The notes: generated from the letters alone by a model not told the origin. A stretch of DNA of 64,000 nt from Candidatus Daviesbacteria bacterium (GCA_028712705.1 JAQTPP010000003.1:52-64051), one strand, 5' to 3'. Shown: positions 49,646 to 62,194, counted from the stretch's first letter. Numbers and translations: made by a program.

Positions 49646-51775
49646 TTAATCCGGCATCACTTCTGATGCAATATCCTGTAATTTTGCATTGAGGAGCGGG
49701 TATTTGTCAAGGGTGGGGTCTTTTGATAATAAATCTTGCGTTTCCTGTCTGGTTTTTTCCAGCAAGGTAATGTTGGAAAAAGTAGCTATTTTAAACTCAA
49801 ATCTGCCTGATTGCGCAGTACCGAAAATTTCCCCGCTTCCCCGGATTTTAAGATCCAAGTTCGCCAGTTTTAACCCATCAAAAGTAGTTTCCAAATATTT
49901 AAGTCTTCTTGCATCATTGCTTGACACATCCGATGTGTAAAGTAGACAGTAAGACTCTTTTGTTCCTCTGCCTACCCTGCCCCGGAGTTGATGCAGCTGA
50001 GCCAGGCCAAAACGTTCTGCCCCTTCAATGACGATGATGGTGGCATTTGGATTATCCATGCCGACTTCAACTACAGAGGTGGAAACCAGAATATCGGTTT
50101 TGCAGGATCGGAAATCTTTGGTGATAGTGTCCTTGTCAGCTCCTTTCATCCTGCCGTGAAGCAGGTCTAATTTAAGATGGGGAAAAACTTTTTGAAGTTT
50201 TTCAAACTCCACCTTGGCGGTCTTTACGGTTGTTAGAGTTTCCGAAGGTTCAATTAAAGGTGTAATAATATACACCTGGTCACCTTCGGCAACTTTTTTG
50301 GCAATGAATTTGTAGGAGTCCAGTCTCTTCTTTTCAGGTACAACATATGTTTTAACCTGTTGCCTTCCGACGGGTAATTCATCAATAATTGACATATCCA
50401 GATCCCCGTATAAAGTTAGTGCCACGGTTCTGGGTATCGGAGTGGCTGTCATGGTAAGGAAATGCGGGATTTTGGCTCTTTTTCGAAGCAGAGTTCGCTG
50501 CTGTACACCAAAACGCTGTTGTTCGTCTATGACAACCAGTCCGATATTGTCAGTGGGTAGTTTCCGGGAAAGAAGGGCATGAGTTCCAACAATCACCTGC
50601 GCGGGTCCTGCCGGCTCTCCGCCATTGGCGGACCGCCGTGCATCCTCGATCGCTTCGCTCCTGCGGCTACGCGTCGGGGACGCTCGCTTCTGCCCGTCAC
50701 CCGCGCTTCTTGATAGCTGCTTCTTGCTGCCTGTATAAATTCCTACTGTGATTCCGTATGGTTCCAGAAGATTTTTTAAGGTTTCAAAATGCTGGAATGC
50801 CAAAATTTCCGTGGGTGCCATGAATAATGTTTTTAGATTATTTAAGTGGACAAGATATGCAGCAGCGGCAGCTACTACTGTTTTTCCGGAGCCTACCTCT
50901 CCTTGTATTAATCTGTTCATCGGTTGATCCTTTTTAAAATCAACAGTAATTTCCTGCAGGACTTTTTGTTGGGCCCGGGTCAGTTTAAATGGGAGTTTTT
51001 TTATAAATTGGTTTAATTTGTTAGAGTTTATTTTAAATGGTTTGACAAGCGGAATTTTGCTCCATTCCAGACGGGCTTTTTGAGTTGCTAAAGACACAAA
51101 AAAAAGTTCATCAAAACCGAGTCTGTTTCTAGCTTTTTCCGCCTGCTCCCAATTTTCCGGGAAATGAATTTGTTGCAAGGCGGAAGCGAGTGGCAACATT
51201 TCGCCTCGAATCGGGTTTGGTAACGGGTCCCTTATTTCATCTAAGACTTGGGGTAGCAGCTGGGCAATTTTGGTGCGCAGCCACTTAGAGCTTACCCCAT
51301 AGGTTTCAGGATAAACAGGGACCAGTCTGCCTGTATGGAGAGTTGGTAGTTGGTAGTTGGTAGTTGGTAGATTGGAAATCTTTTCCCATCTTGGAGCAAT
51401 TATAGAAAGCTTATTTTTATACTTGCTGATTTTGCCTGAAACCTGTAACCTGTCGCCTGTTTGAATCTGTTTGGTCAGCCAGGAAGAGTTAAACCAGGTT
51501 AACTCTATTGGTGAGGTGCCATCATTAAAGACAGCTTTGGTAATAATTTTTCTGGATCTGGTATAAATATTTTGGATTGTCCAGATTTCTCCCTGCAAAG
51601 TTACAGACTCTCCTATTTTGGCTTGCAGAGCTGAGGTAGTATTGGAAAAATCATCATACCTAAAGGGGAAATGATAAATTAAATCTTCAAGAGTGAAAAG
51701 ATTAAGTCTCTCCAGTCTTTTGGCATACGTATAACCAATACCCGAGAGTTGCAATAAAGGCGTATTAAAATTCAT
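49646..51775 (-). CDS. recG: ATP-dependent DNA helicase RecG
   Basis: Wedge domain, GEVGSGKT Walker A, DEQQRFGV (DEQH variant). Contains a GC-rich in-frame island encoding SRSAGDGQKRASPTRSRRSEAIEDARRSANGGEPAGPA. Confidence 0.9.
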   Translation of the reverse strand: MNFNTPLLQLSGIGYTYAKRLERLNLFTLEDLIYHFPFRYDDFSNTTSALQAKIGESVTLQGEIWTIQNIYTRSRKIITKAVFNDGTSPIELTWFNSSWLTKQIQTGDRLQVSGKISKYKNKLSIIAPRWEKISNLPTTNYQLPTLHTGRLVPVYPETYGVSSKWLRTKIAQLLPQVLDEIRDPLPNPIRGEMLPLASALQQIHFPENWEQAEKARNRLGFDELFFVSLATQKARLEWSKIPLVKPFKINSNKLNQFIKKLPFKLTRAQQKVLQEITVDFKKDQPMNRLIQGEVGSGKTVVAAAAAYLVHLNNLKTLFMAPTEILAFQHFETLKNLLEPYGITVGIYTGSKKQLSRSAGDGQKRASPTRSRRSEAIEDARRSANGGEPAGPAQVIVGTHALLSRKLPTDNIGLVVIDEQQRFGVQQRTLLRKRAKIPHFLTMTATPIPRTVALTLYGDLDMSIIDELPVGRQQVKTYVVPEKKRLDSYKFIAKKVAEGDQVYIITPLIEPSETLTTVKTAKVEFEKLQKVFPHLKLDLLHGRMKGADKDTITKDFRSCKTDILVSTSVVEVGMDNPNATIIVIEGAERFGLAQLHQLRGRVGRGTKESYCLLYTSDVSSNDARRLKYLETTFDGLKLANLDLKIRGSGEIFGTAQSGRFEFKIATFSNITLLEKTRQETQDLLSKDPTLDKYPLLNAKLQDIASEVMPD
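50596..50712. repeat. GC-rich in-frame island within recG (contains GGCGGACC and CGCTTCGCTC motifs shared with the atpG/atpD elements)
   Basis: About 117 bp of locally very high GC inside an AT-rich gene, at the position of a short variable linker in RecG. Confidence 0.45.
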
Positions 51776-51793
51776 GTGGCTATTTTAACACTA

Positions 51794-51895
51794 AAGCGAG
51801 GTTAAAAGAGGCAATAGAGAGAAAAGGATAATTGCCACTCCGGCCACAACAGATAAAATTATCCAGAAAATTTTAAATTTATTTGAGTACATCAT
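51794..51895 (-). CDS. Possible 33-aa hydrophobic micro-protein (MMYSNKFKIFWIILSVVAGVAIILFSLLPLLTSL)
   Basis: Its ATG overlaps the tyrS TGA (ATGATGA). Single TM helix. Below the size cut-off of the ORF track. Confidence 0.2.
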
Positions 51896-53004
51896 TTGCT
51901 AGTTAACCTTTCAATTTCTGCTAAAGCAGCTTTTCTTTTCGGATCTTCAAAGTATTTGCGGGCAGGTTCAAGTTTGGCAATCAGCCATTCTGCTACAGCA
52001 TTTTTTAGATCCATGGGGTGAAGTTTTTTCCCTGCATAATCTTTTTCTAATTCTTCATAAGTAGTGTAAGTTATATCCCCTCCCCATTTTTGATCGCGTT
52101 GAACTTGCAAGGCGTCCCCTTGCGAAGCTGACGGGTAGAAAATTAAATGTTTAGTCCAGTCCAGGATTGGATTAAATTCAACTTCCCCTTCCGGGCAATA
52201 GGCATTTGTGATCTTTTTCTTGATTTCATCCGGCTCATCATGAATAAAGATAGCGCTGTCCGGTTTGGACTTACTCATTTTTGCAGCCTCCAGATCCATG
52301 ACTTTTTTTCCATTTTCATCTGTTTTAAAAACCGGTTGCGCAAGGCCTTGTAACAGGTGGTGATGAATGGCAATTGGTTTTTGCTTACCTATCTTCCCAG
52401 CTGCTTCTCTGGCTACAACATGGACATTTCTTTGGTCCGTTCCTGCATGGGCAATGGTTACACCTAATGCAAATATGTCAGCTGATTGCATTGCAGGATA
52501 AATTAACATGGCACTGTCTGAAATCTCATTTTCTTTCCTGCCCATGATGGTGGTGGAGCGTAGCATTCGGGCTATGGTGGTGGCTTTGGATACTCTTATG
52601 ACATCAGCCCAGTAACTTTGTCCTATTTTTTCATACAATTCGCTTCCCAAAACAAATTCGATTTTATTCGGATCTGCTCCCACACAAAGCGCCGAAGCTT
52701 TAAGTCCCTCTTCAAAATAATCCCCGGCCATCCGCCTTGCCGTTTCCAACGTTCCATCCAATTTCTTGTTTAACCAGGTATGCCAATCAGCCAAAAAAAT
52801 AGTAGTCGAAACTCCGGCTTGTTGCAGATCTTTAATCTTTTGCATCGTGGCAAAGCCGGTTCCCAAGTGTACTTTCCCGGAAATCTCAAAGCCAATATAG
52901 TGTTTAAGGGGTTTTCCGGATTCAATTAAGACTTTTAACTCCTCTTCAGTTAAAACTTCTTCCAGGTTTCTGGTAATTAAATCAAATTTTTCCTCGCTGG
53001 TCAT
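51892..53004 (-). CDS. tyrS: Tyrosine--tRNA ligase, archaeal/eukaryotic type
   Basis: HYIGFEISGKVHLGTG (HIGH variant), KMSKS, and C-terminal ...KLHPMDLKNAVAEWLIAKLEP. Start reassigned to the internal Met (MTSEEKFDL) at 53004. Confidence 0.75.
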   Translation of the reverse strand: MTSEEKFDLITRNLEEVLTEEELKVLIESGKPLKHYIGFEISGKVHLGTGFATMQKIKDLQQAGVSTTIFLADWHTWLNKKLDGTLETARRMAGDYFEEGLKASALCVGADPNKIEFVLGSELYEKIGQSYWADVIRVSKATTIARMLRSTTIMGRKENEISDSAMLIYPAMQSADIFALGVTIAHAGTDQRNVHVVAREAAGKIGKQKPIAIHHHLLQGLAQPVFKTDENGKKVMDLEAAKMSKSKPDSAIFIHDEPDEIKKKITNAYCPEGEVEFNPILDWTKHLIFYPSASQGDALQVQRDQKWGGDITYTTYEELEKDYAGKKLHPMDLKNAVAEWLIAKLEPARKYFEDPKRKAALAEIERLTSK

Positions 53005-53035
53005 AAATTGTGATAATATTACTATAGCACACAAA

Positions 53036-54607
53036 ATGTCAAAAACATTAAATAAATTATCAGCCAGCTTAGTTGCGGCATACGACAGGATTTCTACCCC
53101 AAGCCAGGATAAAACTATTTCAGTTAATCCGCTGGTGGCCGAAATTGCCACCTGGTATGAAAAATTCCGCACGGCGATTGATTACCGGGAGGACGAAGTG
53201 ATACTGCGTTCCACCATTGAGCGGATTTTGAAAAGGAGACTAATTTTAGGAGGAAACGGGCAGACAGTTGCTGCCCCTTTGATTAGAGAACTGGTTTGGG
53301 CCCGCTACTTTCCTGATTCATCTGTGCCCGAAGCATTGGTTAGCAAAGTGGCTGAAGCAATAGATTTGTATTTGAGCCTGGAGGAGCTGATAAATAAAAA
53401 GCACCGCTTTAACAGTGGTTTGGTCAATGAATGGATTTTAAATCTTTTATCCGCCGAGATCGAACATATTCTCAAACCCAATGATTCAAAAGACGTCATG
53501 AGTAATTTTATATTCGGGATTTTCAAAGACAGAATTACTATTCCTGACGATACCGAAGAAACAAGAGACTTACAAACTTTTATTGCGGTAAGAAGGTCGT
53601 ATGCCAATGACGACCTGGCCTTCTTACGTTACCATTTATTTAAGCAGTATTTCGGAGGGTTGACAAAAGGAAATATTGATCGGGTTGCCGAACGCTTCCC
53701 GGAGGCGCTCACTCAAATTGAATATCAATTTCGCTACCCGGCAAAAGATAAAATCTATTCATATATTAAAAATCAGGTTATTCCGTTTTTGATTTTGGAT
53801 GATGTTTTAAGAAAACATCGGGAAAGTGGTTTTTCCATAACTTTGGACAAAGACCTCTTGCACTTCGAAGTGCTGTCTGCCTGTAACAGGAGATACAAGA
53901 CAATTTCCGCAAAAGTCAAAAGAGGAATTATCAGAAGCGTCATTTTTATATTTTTTACAAAAGCAATTTTTGCTTTGCTTGTGGAAGGAACTTTTGAAAG
54001 ATTCATTTACGGTTATGTAATATGGTCATCCATGGCATTAAATACTCTCACGCCGCCGCTTCTGATGATCATAGTTGGGCTTTTCATTAAAAGTCCAGGT
54101 AGAGATAATTCAATGAGAATCCTCCGAAAAATAGATACTATTTTATATGATGATCCTCCGGAGTTAGACCCGCCTTTAGCGGTTAAGAAAAAACCTGGCA
54201 AAACAGGGCCGGTGTTTTGGACACTGTTTATCCTACTTTGGCTGACCACTTTTGTTGTAAGCTTTGGGGTGATGGTGTTTATTTTGACCAAGCTGCACGT
54301 TAATCCACTTTCTCAGGCCGTCTTTATCTTTTTCCTGGCAATTGTATCGTTTGTGACATATCGGATAAATCGGACAGCCAATATGTATACCATGAAAGAC
54401 AGGAAGGATAATTTTGGCTCTTTATTTTTTAACTTTTTCTTCCTGCCGGTTATCCAGGTTGGGAGAAGATTAACTATGGCAATCAGCCAAATAAATATAA
54501 TTCTTTTTATATTTGATTTTATAATTGAAACTCCATTTAAAGGCATTTTTGCCTTTTTTGAACAATGGTTTCTCTTCCTTAGGACCCAAAGAGAAAAACT
54601 GGATTGA
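53036..54607 (+). CDS. Hypothetical protein, about 290-aa soluble N-domain plus 4-5 C-terminal TM helices
   Basis: 523-aa ORF. No recognisable motif. Confidence 0.45.
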   Translation: MSKTLNKLSASLVAAYDRISTPSQDKTISVNPLVAEIATWYEKFRTAIDYREDEVILRSTIERILKRRLILGGNGQTVAAPLIRELVWARYFPDSSVPEALVSKVAEAIDLYLSLEELINKKHRFNSGLVNEWILNLLSAEIEHILKPNDSKDVMSNFIFGIFKDRITIPDDTEETRDLQTFIAVRRSYANDDLAFLRYHLFKQYFGGLTKGNIDRVAERFPEALTQIEYQFRYPAKDKIYSYIKNQVIPFLILDDVLRKHRESGFSITLDKDLLHFEVLSACNRRYKTISAKVKRGIIRSVIFIFFTKAIFALLVEGTFERFIYGYVIWSSMALNTLTPPLLMIIVGLFIKSPGRDNSMRILRKIDTILYDDPPELDPPLAVKKKPGKTGPVFWTLFILLWLTTFVVSFGVMVFILTKLHVNPLSQAVFIFFLAIVSFVTYRINRTANMYTMKDRKDNFGSLFFNFFFLPVIQVGRRLTMAISQINIILFIFDFIIETPFKGIFAFFEQWFLFLRTQREKLD

Positions 54608-54647
54608 GAAAAGTTGACAAAGCAGAGAGAGATAAAATGGGATCATT

Positions 54648-54956
54648 GTGGAACAACAAATCGAAATTAGATCCGAAAAAACTCCTGGGGATTTAAAAAG
54701 AGAAGAAATCGCAGTATCGCTTGGTGAATCGTTTGGTAGTGGATGGCAATTCTGTCGAAATTATATGGTGGGGTTAAAAGAACCAGGAGAAAGCGTAAGC
54801 TTCCTGTCTAAATTAGAATCAGACAGGAGGGATGGAAAAATTAAAGACTGGCGAGCTAGTAAACCAGCCTTCGATGATGATGGGAGGGAATTGCCCTTTA
54901 GCCAGGTAAGGGCTGCCTACATTAAATCTAAACCACCAGAATCAAAAATACCCTAG
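54648..54956 (+). CDS. Hypothetical protein
   Basis: 102-aa ORF, charged. No motif. Confidence 0.35.
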   Translation: MEQQIEIRSEKTPGDLKREEIAVSLGESFGSGWQFCRNYMVGLKEPGESVSFLSKLESDRRDGKIKDWRASKPAFDDDGRELPFSQVRAAYIKSKPPESKIP

Positions 54957-55019
54957 CATGTAAAGTTTCGTCGCTAATGAATTAACCTCGTCACAAAATA
55001 ATTTTTAAATATCTGTAAA

Positions 55020-55730
55020 TTGAAATGGTTTAAAACACTCTCCCACTTGACGAGTGGGAATACAGATATAGATAATAAATGTGTGGTTAATCCTTCATTT
55101 ACTAGCGGTAGCTTTTATCATATTTATAATCGGGGTGTTGAAAAAAGAAAAATCTTTATGGATAAATGGGATTATTTACGATTTTTGGAAACGCTGGATT
55201 TTTATCGTAAATCACCTGTACCGATGAAGCTTTCTGATTACAGAAGAGGTATAATAAAACTTAAAAAGATAGAAAATCAAGCAGAATTAATTCAAATATT
55301 TTGCTATATTCTGATGCCAAATCATTTTCATCTCTTAATTCAGCAATTAATAGATGGTGGTATATCAGGGTTTATGAGAAAGATAGCAGATAGTTATACA
55401 AGATATTTTAATACAAAATACGAGCGAGTTGGTTCTTTATTCCAGGGAGTTTTCAAGATGAAGTTGGTGGAGACCGACGAGTATTTATTGCAATTGTCAA
55501 AATATATTCATCGAAACAGCTTCCCACTTGACGAGTGGGAAGGTAAAGTTTATCCATATTCTTCATATCCTTACTACTTATCAGGGGAACCCCATCCTTT
55601 TTGTGAGACAAGCTTCATTTCTTCCTATTTTTCTAAAACTAATCCTAATTTAAGCTATCAGTCTTTTGTAGAAGAAACAGGAATTGGAGACCCTGCTTTA
55701 TTTGATTTATTAATTGATGCCGATGATTAA
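55020..55730 (+). CDS. tnpA: IS200/IS605-family HuH (Y1) transposase TnpA / REP-associated tyrosine transposase-like
   Basis: FYHIYNRGVEKRKIF, ILMPNHFHLLI (HuH), catalytic Tyr in SKYIHRN. A GTG at 55083 is a possible true start. Confidence 0.75.
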   Translation: MKWFKTLSHLTSGNTDIDNKCVVNPSFTSGSFYHIYNRGVEKRKIFMDKWDYLRFLETLDFYRKSPVPMKLSDYRRGIIKLKKIENQAELIQIFCYILMPNHFHLLIQQLIDGGISGFMRKIADSYTRYFNTKYERVGSLFQGVFKMKLVETDEYLLQLSKYIHRNSFPLDEWEGKVYPYSSYPYYLSGEPHPFCETSFISSYFSKTNPNLSYQSFVEETGIGDPALFDLLIDADD

Positions 55731-55763
55731 AACACATTCCCACATTCCATGTGGGAAGCTAAA
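55041..55763 (+). mobile_element. IS200/IS605-like element with three TTCCCAC-loop-GTGGGAA hairpins (55041-55059, 55521-55541, 55743-55763)
   Basis: Identical 19-nt hairpin tcccacttgacgagtggga occurs twice. A variant hairpin ttcccacattccatgtgggaa sits just after the stop. Typical of subterminal TnpA/RAYT recognition hairpins. Confidence 0.5.
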
Positions 55764-55851
55764 AATAAAGCTTCTTGTAAAATGTTTGGAATTCAAGCAC
55801 AATAATAAATAGATCCTTCGGCTAATCGCCTCAGGATGACAGAGGAGAGTT

Positions 55852-56571
55852 ATGGAACATGCAATAGTACTAAAGCCTGAGATCTTGGGTTATTTTAAAT
55901 TTTTACCGATCACCAATACTCTTTTAGTAAGCTGGATCACAATGCTTGTTCTTATTGTAGTGTCAATCCTTGCTACCCGGAAAGTGCAACTGATTCCCTC
56001 CGGTTTACAAAGTTTATTTGAAATAGTTTTAGATTTTGGCTATACCACAGTTTCGGATTTGGCAGGAGAAAAAAAGACAGCAGTGTTTTTTCCGGTGGTC
56101 ATGACATTTTTTTTGTTTATCTTGGTCGCAAACTGGATCGGACTTTTGCCCGGGTTTGCAACTATTACTTTTGATAAAGAGCCACTGCTTCGTTCCATGA
56201 ATTCCGATCTAAATATGACTTTGGCCCTGGCCTTGACTTCTGCTTTTTTAACCCATGCTTTTGCAATAAGATACCTGGGTTTTTTAGGTTATTTAAGTAA
56301 ATGGTTTAGTTTAAACCCGATATTTTTATTCGTGGGAATTTTGGAGATCGTTTCCGAGTTGACTAAAATAGTATCGTTATCTTTCAGGCTTTTTGGTAAT
56401 ATATTTGCAGGTGAGGTGGTGCTGTCAACGGTTTCATCGATTTTTGCTTTTTTAGCGCCGCTCCCTTTTTATTTTCTGGAAATTATTGTAGGATTTGTAC
56501 AGGCAGCTGTTTTTATGATGTTGACTTTAGTTTTTATGGTTCTTTTATCAGAGAAACATGAAGCTGGTTAA
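55852..56571 (+). CDS. atpB: F0F1 ATP synthase subunit a
   Basis: LSFRLFGNIFAGEVVL carries the essential Arg. Five TM helices. Confidence 0.9.
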   Translation: MEHAIVLKPEILGYFKFLPITNTLLVSWITMLVLIVVSILATRKVQLIPSGLQSLFEIVLDFGYTTVSDLAGEKKTAVFFPVVMTFFLFILVANWIGLLPGFATITFDKEPLLRSMNSDLNMTLALALTSAFLTHAFAIRYLGFLGYLSKWFSLNPIFLFVGILEIVSELTKIVSLSFRLFGNIFAGEVVLSTVSSIFAFLAPLPFYFLEIIVGFVQAAVFMMLTLVFMVLLSEKHEAG

Positions 56572-56594
56572 ACAAAACAAAGAAAGGAGATAAA

Positions 56595-56801
56595 ATGCCA
56601 GAGAATTTTGCATCGGGTTTCACTATTGCATTAGGAGCGATGTTTCCGGCTTTTGCCATCGGTTTGATCGGTTACAAAGCTATGGAAGCAATCGGTCGTA
56701 ATCCGGATGCCCAAACTAAAATTTTGCCGGCCATGCTTTTAAGTATGGCTTTTGCAGAAGCTATTGCTATCTACGCTTTGGTGATAGCTTTTATTAAATA
56801 A
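56595..56801 (+). CDS. atpE: F0F1 ATP synthase subunit c
   Basis: 68-aa hairpin with GLIGYKAMEAIGRNP loop and conserved Glu in helix 2. Confidence 0.9.
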   Translation: MPENFASGFTIALGAMFPAFAIGLIGYKAMEAIGRNPDAQTKILPAMLLSMAFAEAIAIYALVIAFIK

Positions 56802-56943
56802 GCAGCTCATCAGAGCGCAAAAAACCGCTCGCGCGACCAGATCGCTCGCTTGAGGTTTGCTTTGTGCCGAGTATAGATACAGTCATGGGTAAAGTAGTGC
56901 ACAAAGCTGCACCACATTTTTTGACTGCTTCTGATTTCGCTGT

Positions 56944-57447
56944 TTGATAATTATGGAAATATTAAACGAATTTGGGATAAATCCAATACTTTTAGCCGCG
57001 CAAGCAGTTAATTTTGCGATACTTCTTTTTATTTTAAAGAAGTTTATGTATAAGCCAATCTTAAAAGTTTTAGAAGAGCGTAAAAAAAGAATTGCAGAAA
57101 GTTTAAAAAACGCAGAAGAGATAGAGAAAAGATTGCAGGAAACCAATGAGAAAATAGATGTTATGATCGCTAAAGCTGCAAACGAGGCGCAGAAAATAAT
57201 TGATGAATCAAAAAAAGAAGGCGTCCTGTATCTTGAGGAGACCAAGCAAAAGGCCGGCGAGATGGCGCAAGAGTTAATTAAAAAGAGCGAAGAAGCTGCC
57301 CGCGCTGAAACTGCAAAAATGCAGCAGGAAGTAATGAACAAAGTAGCAGAGATTGTAGCTATGGGGCTACAGAAAGTAACAGGTAAGATTTTAAACAAAA
57401 AAGACCAAAGAGAGATAATTGAAAGGAGTGTTAAAAACTTGTCATGA
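56944..57447 (+). CDS. atpF: F0F1 ATP synthase subunit b
   Basis: N-terminal TM helix followed by a long charged coiled-coil. Confidence 0.8.
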   Translation: MIIMEILNEFGINPILLAAQAVNFAILLFILKKFMYKPILKVLEERKKRIAESLKNAEEIEKRLQETNEKIDVMIAKAANEAQKIIDESKKEGVLYLEETKQKAGEMAQELIKKSEEAARAETAKMQQEVMNKVAEIVAMGLQKVTGKILNKKDQREIIERSVKNLS

Positions 57448-57845
57448 CAAAAAAAGAGTTACAAAAAAAAGTCGCTAAATTAGTGAATATCAGCTTTAAA
57501 GACGGCAGAATGGTTGAGTCCTGCGCAGTCAAGTCAATTAAAGCTCTTAAGTCTCTACCAAGATATGAAGCGATTTTTGCTTTATCAGAATATTTGAAAG
57601 GAATACGAAGAATTGAAAGAGAGCATACCTTGTATATTGAAACGCTAGTGCCGCTTTCCCCCGCTCAGGTTAAAAAGGCAAAAAAGTTGGCAGAGAAAAA
57701 GACTCAGATCACTAAAGTTTTGGTGAATATTAACCCGGAAATCTTAGGCGGGTTTAAATTAAAGATCGGTGATGAAATTTGGGATGAATCTGTCTTAGGG
57801 AAAATCAGTCAAGTAAAGGAGGTTATACAAGGCAACTATGAGTGA
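57444..57845 (+). CDS. atpH: F0F1 ATP synthase subunit delta (short form)
   Basis: C-terminal OSCP-like [16 protein letters not shown]. 133 aa. Confidence 0.7.
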   Translation: MTKKELQKKVAKLVNISFKDGRMVESCAVKSIKALKSLPRYEAIFALSEYLKGIRRIEREHTLYIETLVPLSPAQVKKAKKLAEKKTQITKVLVNINPEILGGFKLKIGDEIWDESVLGKISQVKEVIQGNYE

Positions 57846-59353
57846 TCTGGTTGATCAAATAGAATCACAAATTAAAGGTTTGAAACTGGCTGCTCAAAAG
57901 CAAAATGTGGGAGTAGTTACTGAAATTGGTGACGGAGTAGCTAGAGTAGAAGGTTTATCAGATGTTCAATACTCCGAGCTTGTGGATTTTGGTCCTTCGG
58001 CAGACTCAGGACGAGTTTATGGTTTGGCTTTGAATTTGGAACAATACAATGTCGGAACAGTTATTTTTGGAGATTTTACAAAAGTAAAAGAGGGAGACAA
58101 AGTCAAAACTACAGGCGCAGTTTTACAGGTTCCGGTTGGTGAAGGATTAATTGGCCGGGTGGTTGATGGTTTAGGCAATCCAATTGACGGTAAAGGGGTG
58201 ATTAAGGTTAAAGATCACTACCCGGTGGAAAAAATTGCCCCGGGTGTTATTACCAGACAATCAGTCAATACTCCGCTGCAAACAGGCATTAAAGCAATTG
58301 ATGCTATGATCCCGATTGGCCGGGGGCAGCGGGAGTTGATTATAGGTGATAGAAATACCGGAAAAACTACCATTGCCGTAGATACGATTATAAATCAAAA
58401 AGACGTGGTCTGCATTTATGTCGCAATCGGTCAGAAAACTTCCAAAGTGGTCCAACTGGTAGCTAAACTGGAAGAATCCGGAGCCATGGAACACACCATT
58501 ATAGTTTCCGCCTCTGCCTCTGATTCTGTCACCATGCAATATCTGGCCCCGTATGCAGGTTGTGCCATGGGTGAGTATTTCATGGATCAAGGTAAGGACG
58601 TCTTGATTGTCTATGATGATTTGTCTAAACACGCTTGGGCATATAGGCAAATGTCTCTGCTTCTTCGGCGCCCGTCAGGCCGTGAAGCTTATCCCGGAGA
58701 CGTATTTTATCTTCACTCCAGATTACTCGAGCGGGCTGCAAAACTAAATAAAGACTTCGGCGGAGGATCGCTGACTGCCCTGCCGATTATTGAGACACAA
58801 GCAGGCGATGTTTCAGCGTATATTCCGACCAATGTTATATCGATAACCGATGGACAGATCTATTTAGAATCGGATCTCTTTTTTGCCGGAATCAGGCCGG
58901 CTGTTAACGTGGGTTTATCTGTTTCCAGGGTTGGCGGTGATGCTCAAATAAAAGCTATGAAGGCAGTGGCAGGGAAACTCCGGTTAGATCTGGCCCAATT
59001 CAGGGCTTTGCAAGCTTTTGCCCAATTTTCCTCAGATTTGGATGCCGCCACAAAATCCCAGATAGAACGGGGAAAAAGGATTACGGAAATCTTAAAGCAG
59101 GTTCCCTTTAATCCTGTTCCGGTTGAAGAACAAGTGGTTTCTCTTTGGGCAGTCACAAACGGGTTTTTGGATGAGATAGAAGTTGATAAGGTGCGGGAAT
59201 TTGAACAAAAGTATATCGCTCATATTAAACTTCGACAGAAAAAACTACTTGTTGAGATAGCGTCTAAGAAAGAATTGGATGAAAAAATGGTTTTAGAACT
59301 TGAGAAAATAACTAAAGAGTTCGTTGGAGTATTTGCGAAAGGGATGAAGAAAA

Positions 59354-59361
<8 letters not shown>
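57838..59361 (+). CDS. atpA: F0F1 ATP synthase subunit alpha
   Basis: [19 protein letters not shown]-loop. Confidence 0.95.
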
Positions 59362-61793
<2,432 letters not shown>

Positions 61794-61796
61794 AAA

Positions 61797-62108
61797 TTAG
61801 TTTCCCCCAGTCACTAATTCTATAAGCAGATTGGCATATTGGATATCTCTTCTGGTAGTGCGAACTTTCTGCCGGAAACGCTCTGAAGTAAATCTTCTCA
61901 GCCCTCTTTCAACCTTTCTGATGGTATCTGGTTCTGTTATTTCTCCAAATACGATTCCGTTTTCAAGATGAGCAACTAATCCTTGAAACCAACTTTTTCG
62001 AACTTTAAAATTGTTGTTTGGAGAAGTACTATGCAAAATTTCCTCAGGAATTTCGTCACTGTACCCCCCCCGATACCTAATAAGATCTTCTCTAAATTCT
62101 TTATTCAT
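61797..62108 (-). CDS. Hypothetical protein (inserted between atpD and atpC)
   Basis: 103-aa ORF, basic. No motif. Confidence 0.4.
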   Translation of the reverse strand: MNKEFREDLIRYRGGYSDEIPEEILHSTSPNNNFKVRKSWFQGLVAHLENGIVFGEITEPDTIRKVERGLRRFTSERFRQKVRTTRRDIQYANLLIELVTGGN

Positions 62109-62194
62109 AACGGATAGGTATTATACAGCAAACTTGTTGCGATCGTGAGAAAAATGTGTGTTTAGCTTTATACCTTGAAGGCGTCAAACTGAAA

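Noticed and set aside
53305-54546. Four minus-strand ORFs (77-100 aa) inside the 523-aa hypothetical gene
   Set aside because: Nested antisense ORFs with no motifs. The long plus-strand ORF is continuous and has a plausible soluble-domain-plus-TM architecture.
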